A stretch of DNA of 63,710 nucleotides, counting the filler, from Octopus bimaculoides (taxonomy: Eukaryota), in NCBI RefSeq assembly GCF_001194135.2. It is 6 parts of 5 records of this genome, joined end to end, with 100 filler letters (N's around TTAATTAATTAA, not from the genome) between each part and the next. Parts side by side here need not be neighbours in the genome. Positions count along the whole stretch, not along the records: positions 14,603 to 43,153 come from NC_068981.1; 5 more parts are not named here. One strand, given 5' to 3'. A program made the position numbers and the translations under genes. Shown in pieces: positions 24,356 through 35,238 of the stretch (positions are counted from its first letter, which is position 1; every line of letters starts with the position of its first letter). Under the pieces are notes generated by a model, which did no database searches, was not told the origin of the DNA, and worked only from the letters and a program-made list of their open reading frames with translations.

Positions 24356-24556
24356 TTTATATTAAGGGCATTACTACACTAGAATGCCTGATGCTATGAG
24401 GGACTATTAAAATCAAAACTACCATAATAAATACATTCATTATTATTCATTATTATTATTCATAATAAATACATTTATTATTATTCATTATTATCCATTA
24501 TTTAATAGTCCCCCATAGCATGAGGCATTCTAATGTAGTAATGCCCTTAATATAAA
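24356..24556. mobile_element. MITE-like hairpin with 56-bp inverted arms
   Basis: 24356-24411 vs 24501-24556 reverse complement, 3 mismatches in 56; ttaa|gggc...gccc|ttaa; AT-rich 89-nt spacer. Confidence 0.75.
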
Positions 24557-24574
24557 TATATATAAATCGTCATG

Positions 24575-24868
24575 GCACTTGTGCCAAGCATCGCCTCCCT
24601 GGCACTTGCGCCGGATGGCATGTGTAAAGACATTTGAGCGAGATCGTTGCCAGTGCCGCTGAACTGGCTCCTGTGCAGATGGCACATAAAATACACCATT
24701 TTGAGCGTGGCCATTGCCAGTACCACCTGACTGGCCTTCGTGCCGGTGGAACGTAAAAGCACCCACTACACTCTCGGAGTGGTTGGCATTAGGAAGAGCA
24801 TCCAGCTATAGAAACTCTGCCAAATCAGATTGGGGCCTGGCGTAGCCATCTGGTTTCACCAGTCCTCA
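24575..24868 (+). mobile_element. RTE-associated SINE (intronic)
   Basis: Same family motifs; tail truncated. Confidence 0.8.
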
Positions 24869-24984
24869 TATGTCCGTATGTACATTTCTGAAAGTGAATG
24901 AGTGTGTAGACAAATATGTATAAATCACAACCCCACCCACACACTTTACTTACAAGAAGAATATCAAAAAAAACAAAAACCTAC

Positions 24985-25094
24985 ATCTTATTTAAAGTTA
25001 AATGTTCTTCAAAATTGTTGAAAGATCCAGCCAACAAGACATTTTCTGCTTCTTCATCCCAGCGTATCTCAACAGAACACTTCTCGCCACTGAC
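24985..25094 (-). CDS. Myristoylated acidic CBM48 protein, coding exon 3
   Basis: ttttcattgtag|GTC...AAG AT|gtaggt; 110 nt; VSGEKCSVEIRWDEEAENVLLAGSFNNFEEHLTLNK aligns with AMPK-beta VFRWTGGGKEVYLSGSFNNW. Confidence 0.92.
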
Positions 25095-25119
25095 CTACAA
25101 TGAAAATAAACATTACACA

Positions 25120-25495
25120 CAAGAAACCCCGCATGGATGCAGATTATGCCAACAGTCTGGCATTTATCAGTGATCTTATGGAAGCTGCCAATATCTTCCT
25201 ATGGGATCAAGAGAAAGAACATGTCAGTGAAATCGGACAATATATCAATGTTGCTTCAATGGAGTATATGTATTACAAAAATCAACCAGGACGGAACTGA
25301 GTGCTTGCACTCTCTCGAGATGGAGAAGAAATGAAATGTACAGAGAAACCCAAATACGTAGCAAATCATATCTCCTAATCAAAGAGTGATATGAAAACTA
25401 GGATTTGTAAAGTACGTTTAACGTTTCAGATAAAGAATGGAAATCTAATCTTCCACAAGAAACTAAAAATAGACTTCTTTAGAGCTGCGGTTGAA
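25120..25495 (+). mobile_element. RTE-clade RT fragment (intronic)
   Basis: DADYANSLAFISD (degenerate DYADD), KPKYVANHIS and WKSNLPQETK...FFRAAVE. Confidence 0.7.
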
Positions 25496-25499
25496 TGAA

Positions 25500-25760
25500 T
25501 ATTAGTTTACATTATTTACATTTGACAGATATTTGTCTTCATCTTGTTTGTTGTTAACACAATGTTTCGGCTGATATACCCTCCTGCCTTCATCAGGTGT
25601 CTTGGGGAAATTTCAAACCTGGGTTCTCATTCCTAAGTTATTTTTCAATGTTGTTATTATTATTAGTATTAGTATTATTATTATTATTATTATTATTCAG
25701 GTCACTGCTTGGAATTTTGGGGTTAGTAGCCCATGCTCTTAACCACTACGCCATATGCCC
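25500..25760 (-). mobile_element. tRNA-headed SINE with internal (TAA)n and a 3' hammerhead ribozyme
   Basis: A box TGGCGTAGTGG (25753-25743), tRNA-like ggctactaacc arm, (TAA)n, body, then hammerhead core at 25600-25557; B box deleted in this copy. Confidence 0.75.
25557..25600 (-). ncRNA. Minimal type I hammerhead ribozyme (Penelope-type), one core-proximal mutation
   Basis: ACAC CTGATGA A GGCAG-GAGGGTATAT-CAGCC GAAA C ATT GTGT: stem I ACAC/GTGT, stem II GGC/GCC, stem III ACAT instead of palindromic ACGT. Confidence 0.8.
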
Positions 25761-25762
25761 AT

Positions 25763-25901
25763 GTGGTTAAGAGCACAGGCTACTAACCCCAAGATTCCTA
25801 GTTCATTTCCAGGCAGTGACTTGAATAATAATAATAATAATAATAGTAATAATAATAACATCGAAAAATACCTTAGGAATGAGAACGCAGGTTTGAAATT
25901 T
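25763..25901 (+). mobile_element. Second, inverted and truncated copy of the same SINE
   Basis: Reverse complement of 25608-25746; retains a B-box-like AGTTCATTTCC (25800-25810); stops before the ribozyme. Confidence 0.8.
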
Positions 25902-26240
25902 CTCATAATACTAAACTGGAAATAGTCAACACCATTACTGGAAACAACTGATATGTATTAGCACATAACATGTGTGCTTGAAGAGTTGAGCAATAAAAGT
26001 GCTTACATACAAAATATACCCTATACAAGAATTCCTTTCCTAAAGGTTTGAGACATTCTACTTTTTTTAAATCTTTAAGAAATTAGAAAGACAAGGAAAT
26101 ACGAAATTATTTCATTATCTTACAGCTGTTTCTGCTACAAGATGAACTGCGCTCATTGTCAAGCATTTGAGTTCTAACATTAAGTTACTAGTATCACTAT
26201 GCTTAAGTAAAATGATGATAATAATAATAATAATAATAAT

Positions 26241-26673
26241 ATTTTATCCTGTTCCTACAATTCTGTTAGAATTATCCTGCATTTGAGAATAAATTATTTC
26301 AATATCTGTATCTTTCAATACATCTCAACACTTCTAAAGCAAACTTTGTCAGTTTACTTTCATTGTAGTTTGAATTTAACATCAGCATCTTATAAGCTAG
26401 ATTTATAAGTTCAAAAATTACAGATTAATTTGCCGGTGGGCAGTGTAGCTTAATGGTAAAGCACTATGACCGGTAATCACAGGGTTGTGAGTTCGAGTCT
26501 CATGGCTGGCCGCCAGCACATTTTTCTGCAAAATATGGATATTTTATCCTGTTCCTGCTGTTCTGTTAGCATTTTCTCTGCATTTGAGAATAAGTTATTT
26601 CTTTATCTGTATCTTTCAATACATCTCAACACTTCAAAAGCAAACTATGTTTGTTTATTTTCATCATAATTTG
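26241..26673. repeat. ~130-bp direct repeat pair (26241-26373, 26541-26673) flanking a tRNA-like sequence
   Basis: attttatcctgttcct...tgcatttgagaataa...atctgtatctttcaatacatctcaacactt...aaagcaaact present twice. Confidence 0.85.
26439..26511 (+). tRNA. tRNA-Thr(GGT)-like sequence, probably a pseudogene
   Basis: A box TAGCTTAATGG, D stem GCTT/AAGC, loop CC-GGT-AA (26472-26474), T arm GTGAG-TTCGAGT-CTCAT, T5 at 26521; two acceptor-stem mismatches, one anticodon-stem mismatch, C33 and one extra nucleotide. Confidence 0.55.
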
Positions 26674-26674
26674 G

Positions 26675-26722
<48 letters not shown>

Positions 26723-27035
26723 AACATATGGTATAATTATAAACAGAGCAAATTTTAGCCATTTCTTTGCAGACTGAAAGAAATGATGAACAACCTTAAG
26801 CAATTTTCAAACCTTATTGGGTTCTCATCAGAGGCATCTACATCATTCTCAGTCTCCAGAGAAACAAGTAGCCAAACTGTTTATATACTCAACAAATGCA
26901 ACACTTACTCTATGAAGGAGTCCCTAATTTGCATACCGAAAGAAAACTTAATTTACTCCCTGTTCTTTACTTCTAATTCACCAATATAAAAGTCATCAGT
27001 GTCAAAATTCCAACAACTGCAACCAAAACACATAC

Positions 27036-27977
27036 CTCAGTTGATGGTTCTTCAGTTTCAGGCACTTCTGCTACCTTTTCCTCTTCAGTTGTCTTAGTAA
27101 CTGCTTCCACTGTGTCTAGTTCTTCATTAACCTTACTTTCATCGCCTCCAACTATTCCTCCTTCTTCGTGGCATTCTGATTCGCCAGTCACTTCTGAATC
27201 TGTAGCATTGCTCGGCTCAAGCTCTGGTTCTGGCTCCGAAACAGGAATGGGAGCTGATTCTGGAACTGTTTCTATGAGAGTAGCTGTCACAGGTTCTGGG
27301 AGTTTTTCCAGAGGTGGTTCTGGAAATGAATCTTGTTCTGGGATTGGGTCTGGGAGTGATTCTGGTTCCGGAAGTGATTCTGGCTCTGGGAGTGATTCTG
27401 GTTCCGGAAGTGATTCTGGCTCTGGGAGTGATTCTGGCTCTGGGAGTGATTCTGGTTCAGGGATGGGTTCTGGGAGTGATGCTGGCTCTGGGACAGATTC
27501 TGTTTCAGGAACAGATTCTGGTTTCGGGATAGATTCCTGTGCTGGAGCTGGAGTTGGTTCTGGAACTAATTCTTGCACTGGTTCTGGGACAGGTTCTGGA
27601 ACTATCTCTGGTACAGATTCTACAACCACTTCAGACACTGCTGCTGCTGCTGCTGCTGGTGTCGATTCTGTCACAGTTTCTACAGCAGCAACGACCTCGT
27701 CTATCTTTTCAGATGCTTTCTCCACCTCTTTACTCTCAGTTTCACACTTGACCGATTCCTTAACCTGTGCTGCCACAGCATCCACTTCATTCATAATTGT
27801 TTCTGTAAAAGAAGATGGTTCGGCGCTACCATTTTCCGATGCTTGTGACTCAGAAACAGCTGATTCTTGTGCTTTCTGGGAATCTTCTGTAGGTTTGGTA
27901 CTTTCTTTGGCTTCTTCTGCCACTTCGTTTGTTGTGACATCTTCGACAGTTTTCTCTGTGGCATTTTGCGGAGTTTC
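27036..27977 (-). CDS. Myristoylated acidic CBM48 protein, coding exon 2 (314-aa Glu/Pro/Ser-rich region)
   Basis: tttttcag|GAA ACT CCG...ACT GAG|gtatgt; 942 nt, phase 0/0, inside ORF 26973-28100. Confidence 0.92.
27352..27459 (-). repeat. Coding 18-bp tandem repeat x6 (PEPESL)
   Basis: ggRagtgattctggYtcH units read directly from the sequence. Confidence 0.9.
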
Positions 27978-28156
27978 CTGAAAAATCAAAGACAGCAACG
28001 CAATCAACAGAAAAGCAGCAACAACAACAACAACATCATAAATTATTACAAAAAAAAAATGTAAAAGAAAATCCAAACACAACATCTTCCATTTTGCCAA
28101 AGATTTTGGATCAAGACGAATCAGGACAATTGTTGCTTCTGCAAAAGTAGGACGAT

Positions 28157-28300
28157 GAGGTTAGAAAGCATGATTCCCACCGACGTGGTTTCAAGTTCAG
28201 CCCCACTACAGGTCACGTGGGACAAGTGTTTCTGCTATAGCCCCAGACTAACCAAAACCTTGTGAATGGATCTGATAGATGGAACTGAGGGTTGCCTGTT
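28157..28300 (+). mobile_element. Old CORE-type SINE 5' half
   Basis: ggttagaaagcatgattccc...ggacaagtgtttctgctatagcc. Confidence 0.65.
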
Positions 28301-28319
28301 GTATCATCATCACTATCAC

Positions 28320-28760
28320 CATCATCATCATCGATTAACGTCTGTTTTCCATGCTGGCATGGGTTGGATGGTTTGACTGGAGACTGGCAAGCCAGGAGGC
28401 TGCACCAGGCTCCAATCTGATCTGGCAAAGTTTCTACGGTTGGATGCCCTTCCTAATGCCAACCACTCTGAAAGTGTAGTGGGTGCTTTTTACATGCCAC
28501 CAGCATGGGGGCCAGTCAGATGGCACTAGCTTCGACCATGCTCAAATGGTGATTTTTAGGTGCCACCAGCGCAGGAGACAGTCAGACGGCACTAGCATCG
28601 ACCATGCTCGAATGGTGCTTTTTATGCACCACTGACATTGGCCATGCTCGAATGGTGCTTTTTACATGCCGTTGACATTGGCCACAACAATGATTTCACT
28701 TGACTCAACAGGTCTTTTCAAGCACAGCATTTTGCCCGACGAATGAAGGGTACTCTTAAA
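28320..28760 (-). mobile_element. RTE-associated SINE (intron 1)
   Basis: catcatc tail + ttaacgtctgttttccatgctggc...ggatgcccttcctaatgccaacc. Confidence 0.8.
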
Positions 28761-28953
28761 CGGGATGGTTGGTACATTTATGCATCTGTGTATGTGTATG
28801 TATTTATGACTGTGATGGCACCTGTGCCCAGCGTCGCCTTCCTGGCATTTGTAAAGACATTCGAGTGAGAATGGATACAGGGTTTACCTTGATGTGAGTC
28901 TATGCAATGTACCTGCTTAATGTATGTATAATGTGAATATATAAAGAACATAC

Positions 28954-29034
28954 CTTGTCCTCTACTGTTTCTGCGACTCCTTCATTTTCCTTGGCGCTGT
29001 CTTTCCGCTTTGCTTTGCTAGTTTTTCCTCCCAT
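28954..29034 (-). CDS. Myristoylated acidic CBM48 protein, coding exon 1 (start)
   Basis: ttattttcag|TGAGG ATG GGA GGA AAA ACT AGC AAA...GAC AAG|gtatgt; MGGKTSKAKRKDSAKENEGVAETVEDK; G2/S6/K7 myristoylation consensus. Five exons total 1287 nt in one frame (428 aa + stop). Confidence 0.85.
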
Positions 29035-29302
29035 CCTCACTGAAAATAAGAAAGGAGACAACTATTGAAAGCAACCATTCCATCTGAACATTAAGGTCAA
29101 TCAGTCAACCAGAAGGCCAAATGATGACACAAATGACCTTTGTGGTCATCTGGCCAGTTAGAAATAATAACAACATTTCCATTAATTCACACCTTGCTGT
29201 CCTAAACAAAATGACATCTATGCCTACATGATATAATGAAGTTGTAGAAAAAATGATGGGAAGGCAATGGTAGGAAATCTATTGATGACAGGTCTGTTTT
29301 GT

Positions 29303-29445
29303 TGGGTTAAGAATATTGCTTCACAACTCTTTGGTTTCATGTTCAGTCTCACAGTGTGGCACCTGGGGCAAGTGTCTTCTACTATAGCCCCAAGCCAACC
29401 AAAACCTTGCGAGAAGATTTGGTAGATGGAAACTGAGAGAAGCCT
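29303..29445 (+). mobile_element. CORE-type SINE 5' half
   Basis: ggcacctggggcaagtgtcttctactatagcc...gaaactgagagaagcc. Confidence 0.7.
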
Positions 29446-30572
29446 ATAAAATATGTGTGTATGAGCAAGTTTGTATTTCTTCATCCACCCATGTTTATTC
29501 CCTAATGTAAACAATACTATTGCTAGCAGTGTTATTTGTTTGCAGTCTGCCATGAAAGTACATCCAGGCTTCTTCGCATCTCTTGACATGTTGTGCAAAC
29601 TTTGTAAACAAAAGGCTCGTTCAGACTGTTTGTTGTTCCATAGATTGAGAGATTATTACCTCCCTTGAAAACAAGTAAGGGTTGATGACAGCAAGTGCAT
29701 CTGCCCCAACAAACTCTTATTTGACTCAAGCAAGCATTTTCAGATCACAATGCTCTTTGTATATAAGATTGACTTTTACGGTATTTTAGGGTTCACAAAA
29801 GAAGGGTTATAGATAATAAAGTTTGTCAAACACCATAAGTTGGGCAGAGATTGAATTTAGTGTTGGTCTTATTGGAAATATTTAAATTGGGAATTTTGGG
29901 AATGTTAACATTGAAGAGACTACTTATTAGGGGTTTTGAGTCTGTTTCTAGCACAGCCATTTGTATTTAGACAATTACAAATGCTTAAATGTAAGTGCAT
30001 GATGTTAACTATACATCCAGATCAATGTATAAGAATGAAGGATTTTTCCATAAGCATATGTGTTTATAATGAGATATAGATGTGTATACAATGTATAAAG
30101 ACACACACACACTAATATTGAACAGTGAGAATGAGTGCTCAACACTGCATTGGTAGATAAATATTCTTCAACTGTGGGTTAACAAGGCTACCAATGGTTT
30201 CATGTAGAGATAAATCTCTCAACAATTAGCAAACCTGCCACTTTATATATATACAGATAGATAGATACAAATACACACACACACACACACACAAACATGC
30301 ATATCCACAGACATATACACGTCTCTCTCTCTCTCTCTCTCTCCGTAACACACCTAGTCGTGTTAACAAAGGGATGTGGGTTCAAGTCCCATGGTGTGCG
30401 GGAAAGCCCATTTTTTTTCTCTCGAGGGTTTATATGACCCTTTATTAGACTATTTTCCTTAGTTATTTGCACGATGATCGCTACAAGCTTTGAGCTTATA
30501 AAAAAATACCATTATTATTATTAACATGATTGTAAAACTCAACAGCACTTAACAAAACCAATCACACCAAAA

Positions 30573-30613
<41 letters not shown>

Positions 30614-30660
30614 TATATACATATATATATACATATATATATACATATATATATACATAT

Positions 30661-30692
<32 letters not shown>

Positions 30693-30693
30693 G

Positions 30694-30739
<46 letters not shown>

Positions 30740-31047
30740 TAAAATACACGTCTGCGGATGTATATACNNNNNNNNNNNNNNNNNNNNNNNNNNNNNNNNN
30801 NNNNNNNNNNNNNNNNNNNNNNNNNNNNNNNNNNNNNNNNNNNNNNNNNNNNNNNNNNNNNNNNNNNNNNNNNNNNNNNNNNNNNNNNNNNNNNNNNNNN
30901 NNNNNNNNNNNNNNNNNNNNNNNNNNNNNNNNNNNNNNNNNNNNNNNNNNNNNNNNNNNNNNNNNNNNNNNNNNNNNNNNNNNNNNNNNNNNNNNNNNNN
31001 NNNNNNNNNNNNNNNNNNNNNNNNNNNNNNNNNNNNNNNNNNNNNNN

Positions 31048-31292
31048 GTTGCCAGTACCACCTGACTGGCCCTCATGTGTCGGTGGCACGTAAAAGCACC
31101 CACTACATTCTCGGAATGGTTGGCATTAGGAAGGGCATCCAGCTGTAGAAACTCGGCCAGATCAGATTGGAGCCTGGTGCAGCCTTCTAGCTAACCAGTC
31201 CTCAGTCACAGTCAAACTGTCCAACCCATGCCAGCATGGAAAGTGGACGTTAAACGATGACGACAACGATGATGATGATGATGATGATGATG
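31048..31292 (+). mobile_element. RTE-associated SINE 3' part
   Basis: ggcacgtaaaagcacccac...ggacgttaaacgatgacg + (GAT)n. Confidence 0.8.
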
Positions 31293-32184
31293 AATTAAAA
31301 TCGGATGAGAACAAACATACATACTTGCATACAAGATTGTTATTATTGTGGATCAATATCATGTTTGTTATTTGGTGACATTTTAAAGTAAGCCATCACA
31401 GAAATTGCCTGCTCTGAATATGATATCATTAAGACATTATAATAATGGCGTGATATCATAAAAAGTTTGTTAGCATCATGGTTCAATGTCATAAACGTTT
31501 ATGATTTCAATCTTAACCAAAATCAATATGGTACAGTCTGATGGTTGACACCAAAGAATTAAATAAAACAAATATTAATGACAAAAGATGGAGTGTAACA
31601 CCTGGCACCAACATATTTAAGATGGTGGAAATACCATCCTGTGGAAGGTGTCCATATGGTGATGATGGTGGTGGTGGTGGTGATGGTGGCAGTGATGGTG
31701 GTGGGGGAATAATCTGTGTGTGTGTGTGTGTGTGTGTGAGAGTGTAAACGAGTTTAATGCAGAATAGACAGTGGTATACATTCACTAACACATACACAAA
31801 CATACACACACACACATGTCATCACAAACAGGCTGTGAGCCAGCAACAGAACTCCTAGGTAGCTGTTCACTCAACCAGAAATGGTAACCAAGTCTCCCTC
31901 AAAACACACCCTACTCCCTTATAAAAAGAAAGACACATTGGAAAATGTAGCCCTAGATCTGTGCCTTCCTCTCAGCTACTCCCACTCACTCCTACCACAT
32001 CATGTGGAATGGCTGTGTATCTCCACTACAACAAGACACCTGTGTTTGGCCCTCTATCATACTTTAACTTCCTGACTTCAGTCACAAAGCCATCTCCCCA
32101 TCTCAAATACTCTCCCTACACACACACTGACCGACGGGGACTTTTTCCCCTGTTCTTTTTCTGTCTTGTAAGTTACACAACAAC

Positions 32185-32395
32185 TTGACTAGTGTCAGTG
32201 CAATGAGAAAAGCACCCAATCCACCCTGTAAACTCATAACTGACATTATGAAGGACATCCAGCTGTAGAAAGCATATTATATTAAAGCTGACAATGGAGC
32301 TCAACACAACCCTGAGGCTTGCTGGATCCAGTCGAACTGTCCAACCCATGCCAGCATGGAAGAAGGACATCAAATGATGATGATGATGATGATGA
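32185..32395 (+). mobile_element. Old RTE-associated SINE variant
   Basis: aaggacatccagctgtagaaa...aacccatgccagcatggaa + (GAT)n. Confidence 0.65.
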
Positions 32396-32799
32396 ATTCA
32401 ATTTATAACACAGACCAAAGTAAATGGATAAAAGGGCCAATATACATTATAATAAGTTTATTAATAAGAACGAAAGGAAAGGATATGAGGTGTTAGCAAA
32501 GGTTGTGTGCAGAGAATGTGTGGGATAACATCATCCTTTCAATATTGTTTCTTATCAACAAAATCCCCTTGGACAAACATTGAAAAAAAAGCAAAATGTT
32601 CTGTTTTATTTGGTGTGTATAGACAAAGTGAAGGGGAAATAGGTCAAACCTTTTAGTATCGGTAAGGTACAGCTGTGTGGTTAAGTTTACTTTCTAACAA
32701 CATGATTTTGCACTTTGAACAAGTGTCTTCTGTTATAGTTCTGGGCCAGCCAAAGAGGCAGGTGTGTGCGTGGGTGTGTGTGTGCAAATGAATGAATGA

Positions 32800-34420
32800 A
32801 TGAATGAATGAAAGTTACAGTGAGAGTAATAGCCAAATTAATTAGAAACGGAATTAGGCTGGAGGAGATGCAGTTTGGTTCTGTGCTTGGGAGAAGAACT
32901 ACTGATGCTATTTTCTTAGACAATTGCAGAAGTGTTTAGCTAAAAGTAAACCATTCTAGTTGGCATTCGTTAACCTGGAGAAAGCTTTCATCAGAGACCC
33001 TTGTTTTGTGATATGGTAGTCCCTGAGGAAACTAGGGTAACTAGATGGCAAGTGAAAGCTATACACACCATATACAAGGATGCAGTCAGTGAGATATGGG
33101 TTAACCATGAACTCAGTGATAAATCCGAAGTACAGACAGGAGTACACCAGGGTTTGGTTCTCAGTTCCCTGCTACCCACCATTGTCCTCTCGGTCATTAC
33201 AGAGGAATTTAGAACAGGTTTCCCCTGGGAATTACTATATGCTGATGACCTCACTCTCAAAGTGGAATCTGTAACAGAACTAAAATAGAAATCCCAGGTG
33301 TGGAAGCAAAACCTGGAGTCAAAGGGTCTTAACATTAACTTAGCAAAGAGCATAGTTCTGGTAAGCAAGAACTATGAATGTGGCAAGCAGGCAGGCACGC
33401 CAGGCGAAATGCTTAGCGGTATTTTGTCTGCCGCTATGTTCTGAGTTCAAATTCTGCCAAGGTCGACTTTGCCTTTCGTCCTTTCGGGGTCGATAAATTA
33501 AGTACCAGTTATGCACGGGGGTCGATGTAATCGACTTAATCCCTTTGTCTGTCCTTGTTTGTCCCCTCTATGTTTAGCCCCTTGTGGGCAATAAAGAAAT
33601 AAGAAACAGAAGGGGACTCTACCAATCTTAGGTAAATGGCTCTGCTCAATATATAGGAAAGGTGTAGGCAGGAATTCCATACAGTATACTCTGCAAGTTA
33701 TAGACACACAAGAGGTGTAGCAGAATCACAGGAAGGCTAACAAAGAAAATAGTGGTGATATGTGAAAGATGCACAGGAGCAATGAGCACTAAGGGCACAT
33801 GGGGAAATAGATTTCTTGAATGCCCCTCAGGTTCCTTGGGTGAGGTAGATAGTTTCTGTTACCTGGGTGACCAAATTAGCAGTGGTAGATGTTCTGAAAG
33901 TATAGTTGCTAAAATAACAATAGGATGGAGAACATTCAAAGAGTTATTACCTCTGTTGGCAACCAAAGTCTCTCTCTCTCTCTGATTGTATGATGGCAGA
34001 TTGTATGATGCTTGTGTATAAACCACAATGCTATATGGCAGTGTGACATGGGCCTTTGACTGCAGATGATATACAAAAACTAGAGAGGAATGAAACTAGT
34101 ATGTTCTGATGGATGTGCAATGCCAGTGTCATCATCTTCATCATCATCGTTTAATGTCCGCTTTCCATGCTAGCAGGGGTTGGATGATTTGACTGAGGAC
34201 TGGCAAGCCAGAAGGCTACACCAGGCTCCAATCTGATCTGGCAGAGTTTCTACAGCTGGATGCCCTTCCTAACACCAACCACTCCGAGTGTGCAGGTACA
34301 AAGTGCTGACATACTGAGAAAGAAATCATGAATAAAAGGAATCAGGTGTAAAGTGCAAGAGAGAAGGGTGCACTGGTTTGGTCATGGGATACATATGGAC
34401 AAGGACAGCTGCATGAAGAA
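32800..34420 (+). mobile_element. RTE-clade LINE RT fragment with nested SINEs
   Basis: GVHQGLVLSSLL...FRTGFPWELLYADDL, EVDSFCYLGD and QERRVHWFGH; interrupted at about 33395-33605 and 34135-34292. Confidence 0.85.
33395..33605 (+). mobile_element. Meta-domain-like SINE inserted in the RTE fragment
   Basis: gaaatgcttagcggtatt...gtcgactttgcctttcgtcctttcggggtcgataaattaagtaccag...gggcaataaagaaataag. Confidence 0.85.
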
Positions 34421-34799
34421 GTATTGCTCATGCTACAACCCCCATCTCCTGTTTATCGCTCCCTACATTCACCTCTACCCCCCCCCCATATCTAACCATC
34501 TGTTGTTACTATCCCCTCCTGATCCACTACTCACATAACATCCTTTGCTTTCTGAAGGTTTTGCTCTGTGAACCCATTGCTGTCATCTCACCTTTCTTTC
34601 CTCCTGGATACTTTCATCCATTCGTATGAAGGACAGCCATGTTTATTTCCCATAGCAAAACATCTCTGTCAATCCCTGGCATAATATCTCCTCTCCACCT
34701 TCTCAAATACTCTTCTGCTTAGTCAAAGGGCTTCCCCCACTTCCCCTTCCCTTTTCTTGTCCTTGGCAAGTTATGTGGCAGCCCTACTAGTCCCAATAG

Positions 34800-34985
34800 C
34801 AAAATAAAAAGTACCCAGTATGCACTGTAAAGTGGTTGGCATTAGGAAGGGTATCCAGCCATAGAAACCATACAAAGTAGATAGGGAGCACAATGAAGTC
34901 TGGTAGGATTTGCCAATCATCCAACCCATGCCAGCATGAAAAATGCACAATAAATGATGATGATGGTGATGGTGGTGGTGGTGAT
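34800..34985 (+). mobile_element. RTE-associated SINE variant
   Basis: ggttggcattaggaagggtatccagcc...aacccatgccagcatgaa + gat tail. Confidence 0.65.
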
Positions 34986-34987
34986 GA

Positions 34988-35200
34988 TACTCTTTTACTT
35001 GTTTCAGTCATTTTGACTGTGGCCATGCTGGAGCACCGCCTTTTAGTCAAGCAAATCGACCCCAGGACTTATTCTTTGTAAGCCTAGTACTTATTCTACT
35101 GTTCTCTTTTGCCGAACCGCTAAGTTACGGGGACGTAAACACACCACCATCAGTTGTCAAGCAATGTTGGGTGGACAAACACAGACACACAAACATATAA

Positions 35201-35238
<38 letters not shown>

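Noticed and set aside
27112-27981. 289-aa Ser/Gly-rich plus-strand ORF
   Set aside because: Antisense shadow of exon 2 caused by its codon composition.
26973-28100. 375-aa ORF that looks like a membrane protein with hydrophobic N- and C-termini
   Set aside because: Both hydrophobic ends are T-rich intron read-through beyond canonical splice sites at 27977 and 27036; an intron-retaining tail-anchored isoform would need RNA evidence.
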